Origin: Escherichia coli O157:H7
GTDB taxonomy: Bacteria; Pseudomonadota; Gammaproteobacteria; Enterobacterales; Enterobacteriaceae
Length of the DNA: 64,000 bases
NCBI RefSeq assembly: GCF_013167455.1
Contig: NZ_CP038328.1
Direction: 5' to 3' (one strand)
Part shown: positions 1 through 12,400 of the stretch, one piece after another
Numbering within the stretch: the stretch's first letter is position 1
Layout: each line of letters opens with the position of its first letter
Translations under genes and position numbers: made by a program
The notes under the pieces: generated by a model
What the model was told of the DNA's origin: nothing
Databases searched by the model: none
What the model saw: the letters and a program-made list of their open reading frames with translations, nothing else

Positions 1-49
1 AAAAGCTAACCAGGTACCGCAGCAGGTTCTGTCTCTGCTGCAGGGTTAA
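1..49 (+). CDS. fliC: flagellin FliC, 3' end only (gene continues upstream of window)
   Basis: Frame from nt 2 translates ...KANQVPQQVLSLLQG-stop, the conserved flagellin C-terminus; lies upstream of fliA as expected. Confidence 0.75.
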   Translation, partial: KANQVPQQVLSLLQG

Positions 50-59
50 TCGTTGTAAC

Positions 60-215
<156 letters not shown>

Positions 216-220
216 ACGTG

Positions 221-250
221 CTTCCCCGCCACCGGCGGGGTTTTTTCTGC
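221..250 (+). terminator. rho-independent terminator downstream of fliC
   Basis: Hairpin ccccgccaccggcgggg followed by a T-run. Confidence 0.6.
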
Positions 251-316
251 CTGGAATTTACCTGTAACCCCCAAATAACCCCTCATTTCACCCACTAATC
301 GTCCGATTAAAAACCC

Positions 317-343
317 TGCAGAAACGGATAATCATGCCGATAA
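317..343 (+). promoter_or_regulatory. putative sigma-28 type promoter for fliA (-10 GCCGATAA at 336-343)
   Basis: Perfect GCCGATAA -10 element 26 nt upstream of the fliA GTG start; the -35 match is poor. Confidence 0.35.
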
Positions 344-368
344 CTCATATAACGCAGGGCTGTTTATC

Positions 369-1088
369 GTGAATTCACTCTATACCGCTGAAGGTGTAAT
401 GGATAAACACTCGCTGTGGCAGCGTTATGTCCCGCTGGTGCGTCACGAAGCATTGCGCCTGCAGGTTCGACTGCCCGCGAGCGTGGAACTTGACGATCTG
501 CTACAGGCGGGCGGCATTGGGTTACTTAATGCCGTCGAACGCTATGACGCCCTACAAGGAACGGCATTTACAACTTACGCAGTGCAGCGTATCCGTGGCG
601 CTATGCTGGATGAACTTCGCAGCCGTGACTGGGTGCCGCGCAGCGTGCGACGCAACGCGCGTGAAGTGGCACAGGCAATAGGGCAACTGGAGCAGGAACT
701 TGGCCGCAACGCCACGGAAACTGAGGTAGCGGAACGTTTAGGGATCGATATTGCCGATTATCGCCAAATGTTGCTCGACACCAATAACAGCCAGCTCTTC
801 TCCTACGATGAGTGGCGCGAAGAGCACGGCGATAGCATCGAATTGGTTACTGATGATCATCAACGAGAAAACCCGCTACAACAACTACTGGACAGTAATC
901 TGCGCCAGCGGGTGATGGAAGCTATCGAAACGTTGCCGGAGCGCGAAAAACTGGTATTAACCCTCTATTACCAGGAAGAGCTGAATCTCAAAGAGATTGG
1001 TGCAGTGCTGGAGGTCGGGGAATCGCGGGTCAGTCAGTTACACAGCCAGGCTATTAAACGGTTACGCACTAAACTGGGTAAGTTATAA
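369..1088 (+). CDS. fliA: RNA polymerase sigma-28 factor FliA
   Basis: 239-aa ORF with GTG start; sigma-70 family regions 2-4; recognised sequence. Confidence 0.95.
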   Translation: MNSLYTAEGVMDKHSLWQRYVPLVRHEALRLQVRLPASVELDDLLQAGGIGLLNAVERYDALQGTAFTTYAVQRIRGAMLDELRSRDWVPRSVRRNAREVAQAIGQLEQELGRNATETEVAERLGIDIADYRQMLLDTNNSQLFSYDEWREEHGDSIELVTDDHQRENPLQQLLDSNLRQRVMEAIETLPEREKLVLTLYYQEELNLKEIGAVLEVGESRVSQLHSQAIKRLRTKLGKL

Positions 1089-1133
1089 CGTCAGTAAATG
1101 CCGCACTTTAACTTTGACTACCAGGAGTTCTTA

Positions 1134-1685
1134 ATGATGGTGCAGCACCTGAAAAGACGGCCATTAAGCCGCTATCTTAAAGACTTTAAACACAGCCAGA
1201 CCCATTGCGCGCATTGCCGTAAATTGCTCGATCGCATTACCTTAGTTCGCGACGGCAAAATAGTGAATAAAATCGAGATTTCCCGCCTGGACACGCTGCT
1301 TGATGAAAATGGCTGGCAAACGGAACAAAAATCATGGGCGGCATTGTGCCGATTTTGCGGTGATTTACATTGCAAAACGCAGAGTGATTTTTTCGATATT
1401 ATCGGCTTTAAGCAATTTCTTTTTGAGCAAACTGAAATGAGCCCTGGTACGGTGCGTGAATATGTCGTTCGTCTGCGCCGTTTGGGGAATCATCTACACG
1501 AGCAAAATATTTCCCTCGATCAGCTGCAGGACGGTTTCCTTGATGAAATCCTCGCCCCGTGGCTGCCCACCACCAGCACCAACAATTACCGCATCGCGTT
1601 ACGGAAGTATCAACACTATCAGCGCCAAACCTGTACCGGACTTGTGCAGAAATCCTCCAGCCTGCCTGCTTCTGATATATATTAA
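1134..1685 (+). CDS. fliZ: flagellar regulatory protein FliZ
   Basis: ORF 1098-1685; likely start at the ATGATG at 1134 (MMVQHLKRRPL...); sits directly after fliA. Confidence 0.9.
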   Translation: MMVQHLKRRPLSRYLKDFKHSQTHCAHCRKLLDRITLVRDGKIVNKIEISRLDTLLDENGWQTEQKSWAALCRFCGDLHCKTQSDFFDIIGFKQFLFEQTEMSPGTVREYVVRLRRLGNHLHEQNISLDQLQDGFLDEILAPWLPTTSTNNYRIALRKYQHYQRQTCTGLVQKSSSLPASDIY

Positions 1686-1772
1686 ATAAGAATAAGATGT
1701 AGCGGAGTTGTTTTTGTGTTTACAAACAATGGCTCTACACTGCAAACAGACATAACAACATTCGGGGTGAAT

Positions 1773-3664
<1,892 letters not shown>

Positions 3665-3678
3665 CTCCGGGAACGCTC

Positions 3679-4347
3679 ATGCAAGAAAGTATACAACTGG
3701 TTATTGATTCCTTGCCGTTCCTGCTGAAAGGGGCTGGGTATACGCTGCAACTCAGTATCGGCGGCATGTTTTTTGGTTTACTGCTAGGGTTTATTCTCGC
3801 GCTGATGCGCCTGTCGCCAATCTGGCCCGTGCGCTGGCTGGCGCGTTTTTATATCTCTATTTTTCGTGGTACGCCGCTCATCGCACAACTGTTTATGATC
3901 TATTACGGCCTGCCGCAGTTTGGTATCGAATTAGATCCCATTCCGTCAGCAATGATTGGTCTGTCGCTCAACACTGCCGCCTATACTGCCGAAACGCTTC
4001 GCGCCGCCATTTCTTCTATTGATAAAGGTCAGTGGGAAGCAGCTGCCAGTATTGGTATGACGCCATGGCAGACTATGCGTCGCGCGATTTTGCCACAGGC
4101 GGCGCGGGTGGCGTTGCCGCCGCTCTCGAACAGCTTTATCAGTCTGGTAAAAGATACGTCGCTGGCCGCGACAATCCAGGTGCCGGAGCTGTTCCGTCAG
4201 GCGCAGTTGATTACCTCGCGTACGCTGGAGGTATTCACCATGTATCTGGCGGCTTCGCTCATCTACTGGATCATGGCGACTGTGTTATCGACGTTGCAGA
4301 ACCATTTTGAGAATCAACTTAATCGCCAGGAGAGAGAACCCAAATGA
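3679..4347 (+). CDS. tcyL: L-cystine ABC transporter permease TcyL (YecS)
   Basis: 222-aa polar amino-acid ABC permease; stop overlaps the downstream ATPase start. Confidence 0.9.
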   Translation: MQESIQLVIDSLPFLLKGAGYTLQLSIGGMFFGLLLGFILALMRLSPIWPVRWLARFYISIFRGTPLIAQLFMIYYGLPQFGIELDPIPSAMIGLSLNTAAYTAETLRAAISSIDKGQWEAAASIGMTPWQTMRRAILPQAARVALPPLSNSFISLVKDTSLAATIQVPELFRQAQLITSRTLEVFTMYLAASLIYWIMATVLSTLQNHFENQLNRQEREPK

Positions 4348-5096
4348 GTGCCATTGAAGTTAAGAACCTAGTGAAAAAATTCCACGGTCAGACGGTGCTG
4401 CACGGTATCGACCTCGAGGTAAAGCCTGGCGAAGTGGTGGCAATTATCGGTCCGAGTGGTTCCGGCAAAACCACATTGCTACGTAGCATAAATCTGCTGG
4501 AACAACCGGAAGCGGGAACGATCACCGTTGGCGATATCACTATTGATACTGCACGTTCATTAAGTCAGCAAAAATCGCTGATTCGCCAGTTGCGTCAGCA
4601 CGTCGGGTTTGTCTTCCAGAACTTTAATTTGTTTCCGCATCGTACGGTGCTGGAGAACATTATTGAAGGGCCGGTGATCGTCAAAGGCGAACCGAAAGAA
4701 GAGGCCACGGCGCGCGCTCGCAAGCTGTTGGCGAAAGTTGGGCTGGCCGGTAAAGAAACCAGCTATCCACGTCGTTTGTCTGGCGGTCAACAGCAGCGTG
4801 TTGCGATTGCGCGTGCGCTGGCAATGCGTCCTGAGGTGATTTTGTTTGACGAGCCAACGTCAGCGCTGGATCCAGAGCTGGTGGGCGAAGTCCTGAACAC
4901 CATCCGTCAGCTGGCGCAGGAAAAGCGCACGATGGTGATTGTGACACACGAAATGAGCTTTGCCCGGGATGTTGCGGACCGGGCGATTTTTATGGACCAG
5001 GGGCGGATAGTCGAGCAGGGGGCCGCAAAAGCGTTATTTGCCGATCCCGAGCAGCCTCGCACCCGCCAGTTCCTCGAGAAGTTTCTGCTGCAATAA
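4344..5096 (+). CDS. tcyN: L-cystine ABC transporter ATP-binding protein TcyN (YecC)
   Basis: Walker A GPSGSGKTT, signature LSGGQQQR, Walker B ILFDEPTSALD. Confidence 0.9.
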   Translation: MSAIEVKNLVKKFHGQTVLHGIDLEVKPGEVVAIIGPSGSGKTTLLRSINLLEQPEAGTITVGDITIDTARSLSQQKSLIRQLRQHVGFVFQNFNLFPHRTVLENIIEGPVIVKGEPKEEATARARKLLAKVGLAGKETSYPRRLSGGQQQRVAIARALAMRPEVILFDEPTSALDPELVGEVLNTIRQLAQEKRTMVIVTHEMSFARDVADRAIFMDQGRIVEQGAAKALFADPEQPRTRQFLEKFLLQ

Positions 5097-5325
5097 TAAG
5101 AAAAAATCAGCCCCGACGATTCGACAGTCGGGGCGGAACGCCATTTCAAGCCTGATAAAACTGCTTAAAAAATCAGCATAACTCATTAATAACATAAGAG
5201 AATGCGATGGCTTGCAAAAGTAATTCATTGCCTGAATAATATAAATTATATATAAATCTTATTTATGTGATAGTTTGAATTATCATTATAAATGATACTC
5301 ACTCTCAGGGGCGTTGCGGTTTACT

Positions 5326-6048
5326 ATGCAGGATACGGATTTTTTCAGCTGGCGTCGCACGATGCTGTTGCGTTTTCAGAGGATGGAGACCGCAGAAGAG
5401 GTCTACCATGAAATTGAGCTTCAGGCTCAGCAGCTGGAGTACGATTACTATTCGTTATGTGTCCGCCACCCGGTACCATTCACTCGACCTAAAGTGGCTT
5501 TCTACACCAATTACCCTGAGGCGTGGGTTAGTTATTATCAGGCAAAAAACTTTCTCGCAATTGATCCGGTGCTGAACCCTGAAAACTTTAGTCAGGGCCA
5601 TCTAATGTGGAATGATGACTTATTCAACGAAGCACAGCCGTTATGGGAAGCCGCGCGCGCACATGGTTTACGCCGCGGTGTCACTCAGTATTTAATGCTG
5701 CCAAACCGGGCGCTGGGCTTTTTGTCCTTTTCCCGTTGCAGCGCGCGCGAAATACCCATTCTTAGTGATGAACTGCAATTAAAAATGCAGTTACTGGTGC
5801 GCGAAAGTCTGATGGCTCTGATGCGTTTAAATGATGAAATAGTGATGACGCCAGAGATGAATTTCAGCAAGCGCGAAAAAGAAATTCTGAGGTGGACGGC
5901 GGAAGGGAAGACATCAGCAGAGATAGCGATGATTTTGTCAATCTCTGAGAATACGGTCAATTTCCACCAGAAAAACATGCAGAAAAAAATTAATGCACCA
6001 AATAAGACCCAGGTTGCCTGTTACGCGGCCGCTACTGGCTTAATTTGA
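5326..6048 (+). CDS. sdiA: LuxR-family quorum-sensing regulator SdiA
   Basis: 240 aa from MQDTDFFSWRR...; autoinducer-binding domain plus C-terminal LuxR HTH. Confidence 0.9.
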   Translation: MQDTDFFSWRRTMLLRFQRMETAEEVYHEIELQAQQLEYDYYSLCVRHPVPFTRPKVAFYTNYPEAWVSYYQAKNFLAIDPVLNPENFSQGHLMWNDDLFNEAQPLWEAARAHGLRRGVTQYLMLPNRALGFLSFSRCSAREIPILSDELQLKMQLLVRESLMALMRLNDEIVMTPEMNFSKREKEILRWTAEGKTSAEIAMILSISENTVNFHQKNMQKKINAPNKTQVACYAAATGLI

Positions 6049-6075
6049 TCTCTTTTCTGTCCTGCGTGCCAGATG

Positions 6076-6113
6076 CAAAAACCGGCTGAAAGGCACGCTA
6101 TCAGCCGGTTTTA
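6076..6113. terminator. bidirectional rho-independent terminator between convergent sdiA and yecF
   Basis: aaaaaccggctga...tcagccggtttt: perfect stem flanked by A-run and T-run. Confidence 0.65.
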
Positions 6114-6115
6114 TA

Positions 6116-6340
6116 TTACTGACGGTAGGCTTGTTTAATTTGCTTAACCGTTTTGGAAAATACTGCAGCCTGGGTTTCGTCTTCGATCAGCGCAAGCTGT
6201 TGTTCCATCTTTAACATCACGCGGCCCGCGTCAGCTTGTCCCATCGCCTGCAGCATCAGCGTCAGCATCGCTTTCAGGCAGGAGACTTCATTTGCCAGTT
6301 CTTGATTATTCTCGGCAGTAGAAAAATCAGGCGTACTCAT
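6116..6340 (-). CDS. yecF: small protein YecF (DUF2594)
   Basis: 74-aa ORF on the minus strand in the conserved sdiA-yecF-uvrY position. Confidence 0.8.
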   Translation of the reverse strand: MSTPDFSTAENNQELANEVSCLKAMLTLMLQAMGQADAGRVMLKMEQQLALIEDETQAAVFSKTVKQIKQAYRQ

Positions 6341-6798
6341 TTATTTTCCTCGTCATGTTGCAATGAAAATTTGCGGTGAAAAATGTTAAGGCGGCGGAGT
6401 ATACCATAAGCTTTGCTAAAAATAGCAGTGGTTGTTTTTTGAGCGTGCCGTCAACGGTGCTATTAAATGCGTTAATATAATGACCAATAAATATTTTTAT
6501 CATGAATGTTTTTTGCCCGTATTGTTCGGGTTAATTAATGTTACATATTCAGCGGGCTGATTTTCATTTTTGCTGAATAAAGGTAATTTTTGTCACATTT
6601 CGTCGCAGGGCTTACTGTGAAACGATCCGGTAAGCCGTTGGTGACGGGCGTGACCATAACTGTGGACAATCGAATTGACAAAAACGAGAGAAAAATCGAA
6701 TACCCACCATTTTTAACGTTTCAAAGTTGCAATAAAAACCGCTAATATACGAATGACTAACTATCAGTAGCGTTATCCCTATTTCTGGAGATATTCCT

Positions 6799-7455
6799 TT
6801 GATCAACGTTCTACTTGTTGATGACCACGAACTGGTGCGCGCAGGGATACGACGCATTCTGGAAGATATAAAGGGTATAAAAGTCGTCGGTGAGGCATCG
6901 TGCGGTGAAGACGCCGTTAAGTGGTGCCGGGCAAATGCCGTTGACGTGGTGCTAATGGACATGAGTATGCCGGGCATTGGCGGTCTTGAGGCGACGCGTA
7001 AAATCGCGCGTTCCACAGCTGATGTAAAAATCATCATGCTTACCGTCCATACAGAAAACCCTTTACCAGCGAAAGTCATGCAGGCCGGTGCTGCGGGCTA
7101 CCTCAGCAAAGGCGCGGCTCCGCAGGAAGTCGTGAGTGCGATCCGTTCTGTCTATTCTGGGCAGCGTTACATTGCTTCTGACATCGCTCAACAAATGGCA
7201 TTAAGCCAGATCGAACCAGAAAAAACAGAAAGCCCATTTGCCAGTTTGTCTGAACGTGAATTGCAGATTATGCTGATGATCACGAAGGGCCAGAAGGTCA
7301 ATGAGATCTCAGAACAGCTCAATCTCAGTCCGAAAACGGTGAACAGCTACCGCTATCGTATGTTCAGTAAACTAAACATTCATGGCGATGTTGAGCTGAC
7401 TCACCTGGCAATTCGCCATGGTCTGTGTAATGCGGAGACATTATCAAGTCAGTGA
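6799..7455 (+). CDS. uvrY: two-component response regulator UvrY (NarL/FixJ family; BarA partner)
   Basis: TTG start; receiver domain (VDDH...D) plus LuxR-type HTH; 218 aa. Confidence 0.9.
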
Positions 7456-9284
7456 GTGATCAGTTTGACGCAAAAGCGTTTTTAAAAACCGTAACCAGCC
7501 AGCCTGGCGTTTATCGCATGTACGATGCTGGTGGTACGGTTATCTATGTCGGCAAAGCGAAAGACCTGAAAAAACGGCTTTCCAGCTATTTCCGTAGCAA
7601 CCTCGCTTCGCGCAAAACCGAAGCGCTGGTCGCCCAGATCCAGCAAATTGATGTAACGGTTACTCATACAGAAACCGAAGCGCTGTTGCTGGAACACAAC
7701 TACATCAAACTCTATCAGCCGCGTTACAACGTTTTGCTACGCGATGATAAATCATATCCTTTTATCTTCCTGAGTGGCGATACCCACCCGCGTCTGGCGA
7801 TGCATCGTGGTGCAAAGCATGCCAAAGGTGAATATTTCGGCCCGTTCCCGAATGGCTATGCCGTACGTGAAACACTGGCGCTACTGCAAAAGATTTTCCC
7901 CATTCGCCAGTGCGAAAATAGTGTTTATCGCAATCGCTCGCGTCCGTGTCTGCAATATCAGATAGGGCGCTGTCTGGGACCGTGCGTTGAAGGACTGGTG
8001 AGTGAAGAAGAATACGCTCAGCAGGTCGAGTATGTGCGCCTGTTTTTGTCTGGCAAAGATGATCAGGTGCTTACGCAACTCATTAGCCGTATGGAAACTG
8101 CCAGTCAGAATCTGGAGTTTGAAGAAGCGGCACGTATTCGCGACCAAATTCAGGCGGTGCGACGCGTCACCGAAAAACAATTCGTTTCCAATACCGGCGA
8201 CGACCTCGACGTTATTGGTGTGGCGTTCGATGCGGGTATGGCTTGTGTCCACGTATTGTTCATTCGTCAGGGCAAAGTGCTCGGCAGCCGCAGCTATTTC
8301 CCGAAAGTGCCTGGCGGTACGGAACTGAGCGAGGTGGTAGAAACCTTCGTAGGCCAGTTCTATTTACAAGGCAGCCAGATGCGCACCTTACCGGGTGAGA
8401 TCCTGCTCGATTTTAATCTTAGCGATAAAACGCTGCTCGCCGATTCCCTTTCAGAACTGGCGGGACGCAAGATTAATGTTCAAACCAAACCTCGTGGCGA
8501 TAGGGCGCGTTACCTGAAACTCGCGCGCACCAATGCGGCGACGGCCTTAACCAGCAAACTTTCGCAGCAATCTACCGTTCACCAGCGGCTTACAGCACTT
8601 GCCAGCGTGTTGAAATTGCCGGAAGTGAAGCGGATGGAGTGCTTTGACATCAGCCATACCATGGGTGAACAAACCGTCGCTTCCTGTGTGGTGTTTGATG
8701 CTAACGGCCCGCTGCGTGCGGAGTATCGGCGCTATAACATTACTGGCATCACGCCGGGCGATGATTATGCGGCGATGAATCAGGTGCTGCGTCGGCGTTA
8801 TGGTAAAGCCATCGACGACAGTAAGATCCCGGATGTGATACTTATCGACGGCGGCAAAGGCCAGCTTGCGCAGGCGAAAAATGTCTTCGCCGAACTGGAT
8901 GTCTCATGGGATAAAAATCATCCGCTGCTACTTGGTGTTGCCAAAGGAGCAGATCGTAAGGCTGGGCTGGAAACGCTGTTCTTTGAGCCGGAAGGTGAGG
9001 GATTCAGTTTGCCGCCAGATTCTCCCGCGCTGCATGTTATCCAGCATATTCGCGATGAATCACACGATCACGCGATTGGCGGGCACCGTAAAAAACGGGC
9101 GAAGGTCAAAAATACCAGTTCCCTGGAAACCATTGAAGGCGTCGGGCCAAAACGCCGGCAAATGTTGTTGAAATATATGGGCGGTTTGCAAGGTTTACGT
9201 AACGCCAGCGTCGAGGAAATTGCAAAAGTGCCGGGTATTTCGCAAGGTCTGGCAGAAAAGATCTTCTGGTCGTTGAAACATTGA
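7452..9284 (+). CDS. uvrC: excinuclease ABC subunit C
   Basis: 610 aa; GIY-YIG N-terminus ([22 protein letters not shown]), UvrC signature, C-terminal HhH. Confidence 0.95.
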
Positions 9285-9340
9285 TGTCTCTGTAGCAACA
9301 TAGGGGTAATCTTACTGACAACAGATAGTTACCCGTCATT

Positions 9341-9889
9341 ATGCAATTTAATATCCCTACGTTGCTTACACTGTTCCGTGTCATCCTTATCCCATTCTTT
9401 GTATTGGTCTTTTATCTGCCTGTCACTTGGTCGCCGTTTGCCGCCGCGCTCATTTTCTGCGTCGCGGCGGTGACTGACTGGTTCGATGGTTTTCTGGCAC
9501 GCCGCTGGAACCAGAGTACCCGGTTTGGTGCTTTCCTTGACCCTGTAGCAGATAAAGTTCTCGTGGCTATCGCCATGGTGCTGGTAACCGAGCATTACCA
9601 CAGCTGGTGGGTGACCTTACCGGCGGCAACGATGATCGCCCGTGAAATTATTATTTCTGCGCTACGCGAATGGATGGCGGAGTTGGGTAAACGCAGTAGC
9701 GTGGCTGTCTCCTGGATTGGGAAAGTGAAAACCACTGCCCAGATGGTGGCGTTGGCATGGCTGCTGTGGCGTCCGAACATTTGGGTTGAGTACGCCGGTA
9801 TTGCACTTTTCTTTGTGGCTGCGGTACTGACTCTGTGGTCAATGTTGCAATATTTGAGCGCTGCGCGTGCAGATTTGCTTGATCAGTGA
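9341..9889 (+). CDS. pgsA: CDP-diacylglycerol--glycerol-3-phosphate 3-phosphatidyltransferase
   Basis: 182-aa membrane protein with the CDP-alcohol phosphatidyltransferase motif (DGFLAR...G...DPVADK). Confidence 0.9.
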
Positions 9890-9939
9890 TCGTTTCGGCG
9901 CAATTTTCAGCAAACGATCAAAAGTGGTGAAAAATATCG

Positions 9940-9967
9940 TTGACTCATCGCGCCAGGTAAGTAGAAT
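9940..9967 (+). promoter_or_regulatory. sigma-70 promoter of the glyW-cysT-leuZ tRNA operon (-35 TTGACT, 16-bp spacer, -10 TAGAAT)
   Basis: Near-consensus hexamers with a GC-rich discriminator, ~70 bp upstream of glyW. Confidence 0.6.
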
Positions 9968-10040
9968 GCAACGCATCGAACGGCGGCACTGATTGCCAGA
10001 CGATAATAAAATCAAGTGATTAACTGATTGCTTGATGAAT

Positions 10041-10116
<76 letters not shown>

Positions 10117-10169
10117 GTTTAAAAGACATCGGCGTCAGCGGATGTCTGGCTGAAAGGCCTGAAGAATTT

Positions 10170-10243
10170 GGCGCGTTAACAAAGCGGTTATGTAGCGGAT
10201 TGCAAATCCGTCTAGTCCGGTTCGACTCCGGAACGCGCCTCCA
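10170..10243 (+). tRNA. cysT: tRNA-Cys (anticodon GCA)
   Basis: 74 nt ggcgcgttaacaaagcggttatgtagcggattGCAaatccg...ggttcgactccggaacgcgcctcca. Confidence 0.95.
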
Positions 10244-10255
10244 CTTTCTTCCCGA

Positions 10256-10342
10256 GCCCGGATGGTGGAATCGGTAGACACAAGGGATTTAAAATCCCTC
10301 GGCGTTCGCGCTGTGCGGGTTCAAGTCCCGCTCCGGGTACCA
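10256..10342 (+). tRNA. leuZ: tRNA-Leu (anticodon TAA), intact copy; prophage integration target
   Basis: 87 nt gcccggatggtggaatcggtagacacaagggattTAAaatccc...ggttcaagtcccgctccgggtacca, with long variable arm. Confidence 0.95.
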
Positions 10343-10408
10343 TGGGAAAGCTAAGAATAAAATCAAAGCAATAAGCAGTGTCGTGAAACCACCTTCGGGT
10401 GGTTTTTT
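10288..10408 (+). repeat. attL: left copy of the ~121 bp direct repeat (3' ~55 nt of leuZ plus its terminator)
   Basis: Nearly identical to 31693-31814 (one indel, one mismatch seen by eye). Confidence 0.85.
10385..10408 (+). terminator. rho-independent terminator of the tRNA operon
   Basis: gaaaccaccttcgggtggtttttt hairpin plus T-run. Confidence 0.7.
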
Positions 10409-10880
10409 CGTATTTGTATTTTGTGCAATGGCGGTAGAGTGGCGATGGTGTGGCGATATGCAGAAACAATGGTAGTGCACGTGCTGTTTAAACTCTAAGG
10501 ATGAAGCAGAATTCTTCTGCAGCTCCTCCGTATTTCGCATAGTGAACCAGGACCTCTGTTAAACAAAAATTTTTCTGGGATTTTTCCACTCGACTTTATT
10601 TTTCCTCCTGCAATCCACCAACAGGTACCTGCGCTAATCTATCTTTTTAATCTGACAACATCTTGGGAAAAGGCAAATTCGTCAGATTTACTGTTTTTCT
10701 GCTGCCTCGAATGCCGATGTCTGAAGCACTGATAAGAGTTCTATCTCTTTGATATAGATCTTTTTTTTGATGAATTGCACGACATATTATCGTTATGACA
10801 CCTTCTTGTTAAAGGTATTGTGCTCCTCATCTCGATTTTATGATGTGGGCTATGATTGGTTAGTAATTGAGTGTATCGGT

Positions 10881-11162
10881 ATGCGATGTGGTTTATTAAT
10901 GGCAATCTGCCTTTGTTTAGTATCTTTTAGTGGATATGCAGCAACAGGAAAGTCTGATGCTCAGATCAAAAAAGAAATAATTAAAGAATCCATTGAATCT
11001 TATCCAGGCAATTGTGCGTGTCCTTATAATCATGCAAGGAATGGTAGTAGATGTGGTGGACGCAGTGCATATAGCCGTAATGGAGGGTATGACGTGGTAT
11101 GTTATGAGGGTGATGTTACCGATGAAATGATCCGGCAATGGAAGCAGGAGAATGCTGAGTAA
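10881..11162 (+). CDS. small secreted cysteine-rich protein of unknown function (prophage cargo)
   Basis: ORF 10767-11162; likely start at the ATG at 10881 (MRCGLLMAICLCLVSFSGYA / ATGKSD... signal peptide); 4 Cys in the mature part; AT-rich. Confidence 0.5.
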   Translation: MRCGLLMAICLCLVSFSGYAATGKSDAQIKKEIIKESIESYPGNCACPYNHARNGSRCGGRSAYSRNGGYDVVCYEGDVTDEMIRQWKQENAE

Positions 11163-11261
11163 TCTCTTTTAACAGGTTTGTTGTGCGAGCATTATGTGCC
11201 GTTAACGGTTCACATCCCGAAAATCTGCGCTTCTGGCTGAAAGCCTGTCCGGTGGTCCTTC

Positions 11262-12398
11262 GTGAGCGATTTCATCAACAATGTAAGTGTAGATTCAATT
11301 GGTCAACGCAACAGTTATGTGAAAACATGGGGTTGCGGAGGTTTGGAACTATGGAAGAACGGAACAGGCTTCAGTGAAATAGCGAATATCCTGGGTTCAA
11401 AACCCGGAACGATCTTCACTATGTTAAGGGATACTGGCGGCATAAAACCCCATGAGCGTAAGCGGGCTGTAGCTCACCTGACACTGTCTGAGCGCGAGGA
11501 GATACGAGCTGGTTTGTCAGCCAAAATGAGCATTCGTGCGATAGCTACTGCGCTGAATCGCAGTCCTTCGACGATCTCACGTGAAGTTCAGCGTAATCGG
11601 GGCAGACGCTATTACAAAGCTGTTGATGCTAATAACCGAGCCAACAGAATGGCGAAAAGGCCAAAACCGTGCTTACTGGATCAAAATTTACCATTGCGAA
11701 AGCTTGTTCTGGAAAAGCTGGAGATGAAATGGTCTCCAGAGCAAATATCAGGATGGTTAAGGCGAACAAAACCACGTCAAAAAACGCTGCGAATATCACC
11801 TGAGACAATTTATAAAACGCTGTACTTTCGTAGCCGTGAAGCGCTACACCACCTGAATATACAGCATCTGCGACGGTCGCATAGCCTTCGCCATGGCAGG
11901 CGTCATACCCGCAAAGGCGAAAGAGGTACGATTAACATAGTGAACGGAACACCAATTCACGAACGTTCCCGAAATATCGATAACAGACGCTCTCTAGGGC
12001 ATTGGGAGGGCGATTTAGTCTCAGGTACAAAAAACTCTCATATAGCCACACTTGTAGACCGAAAATCACGTTATACGATCATCCTCAGACTCAGGGGCAA
12101 AGATTCTGTCTCAGTAAATCAGGCTCTTACCGACAAATTCCTGAGTTTACCGTCAGAACTCAGAAAATCACTGACATGGGACAGAGGAATGGAACTGGCC
12201 AGACATCTAGAATTTACTGTCAGCACCGGCGTTAAAGTTTACTTCTGCGATCCTCAGAGTCCTTGGCAGCGGGGAACAAATGAGAACACAAATGGGCTAA
12301 TTCGGCAGTACTTTCCTAAAAAGACATGTCTTGCCCAATATACTCAACATGAACTAGATGAACCGCCCCGGGTTTCCTGGAGAGTGTTTTATCTGTGA
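11262..12398 (+). pseudogene. IS30 transposase, damaged: canonical N-terminus missing, C-terminus replaced by read-through into IS629
   Basis: ORF matches IS30 Tnp from ELWKNGTGFSEIANILG... to ...LAQYTQHELD; the native start (MRRTFTAEEKASVF) is absent and the last ~12 codons read into the IS629 inverted repeat. Confidence 0.7.
11288..12357 (+). mobile_element. IS30 remnant (left IR TGTAGATTCAATTGGTCAACGCAACAG present; 3' end cut off by the IS629-like insertion)
   Basis: IS30 terminal repeat and transposase recognised from memory; the right end with its IR is missing. Confidence 0.75.
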
Positions 12399-12400
12399 AC

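Noticed and set aside
427-681. 84-aa ORF overlapping fliA in another frame, and similar internal or antisense ORFs throughout the core genes (e.g. 1172-1375, 2133-2604, 4032-4310, 7482-7697, 38641-38823, 50907-51542, 61056-62552)
   Set aside because: They lie entirely inside well-recognised genes and have no independent features; typical six-frame noise in GC-rich coding sequence.
5097-5140. Terminator after tcyN (hairpin ccccgacgattcgacagtcgggg)
   Set aside because: The hairpin is not followed by a T-run, so it is not supported as an intrinsic terminator.
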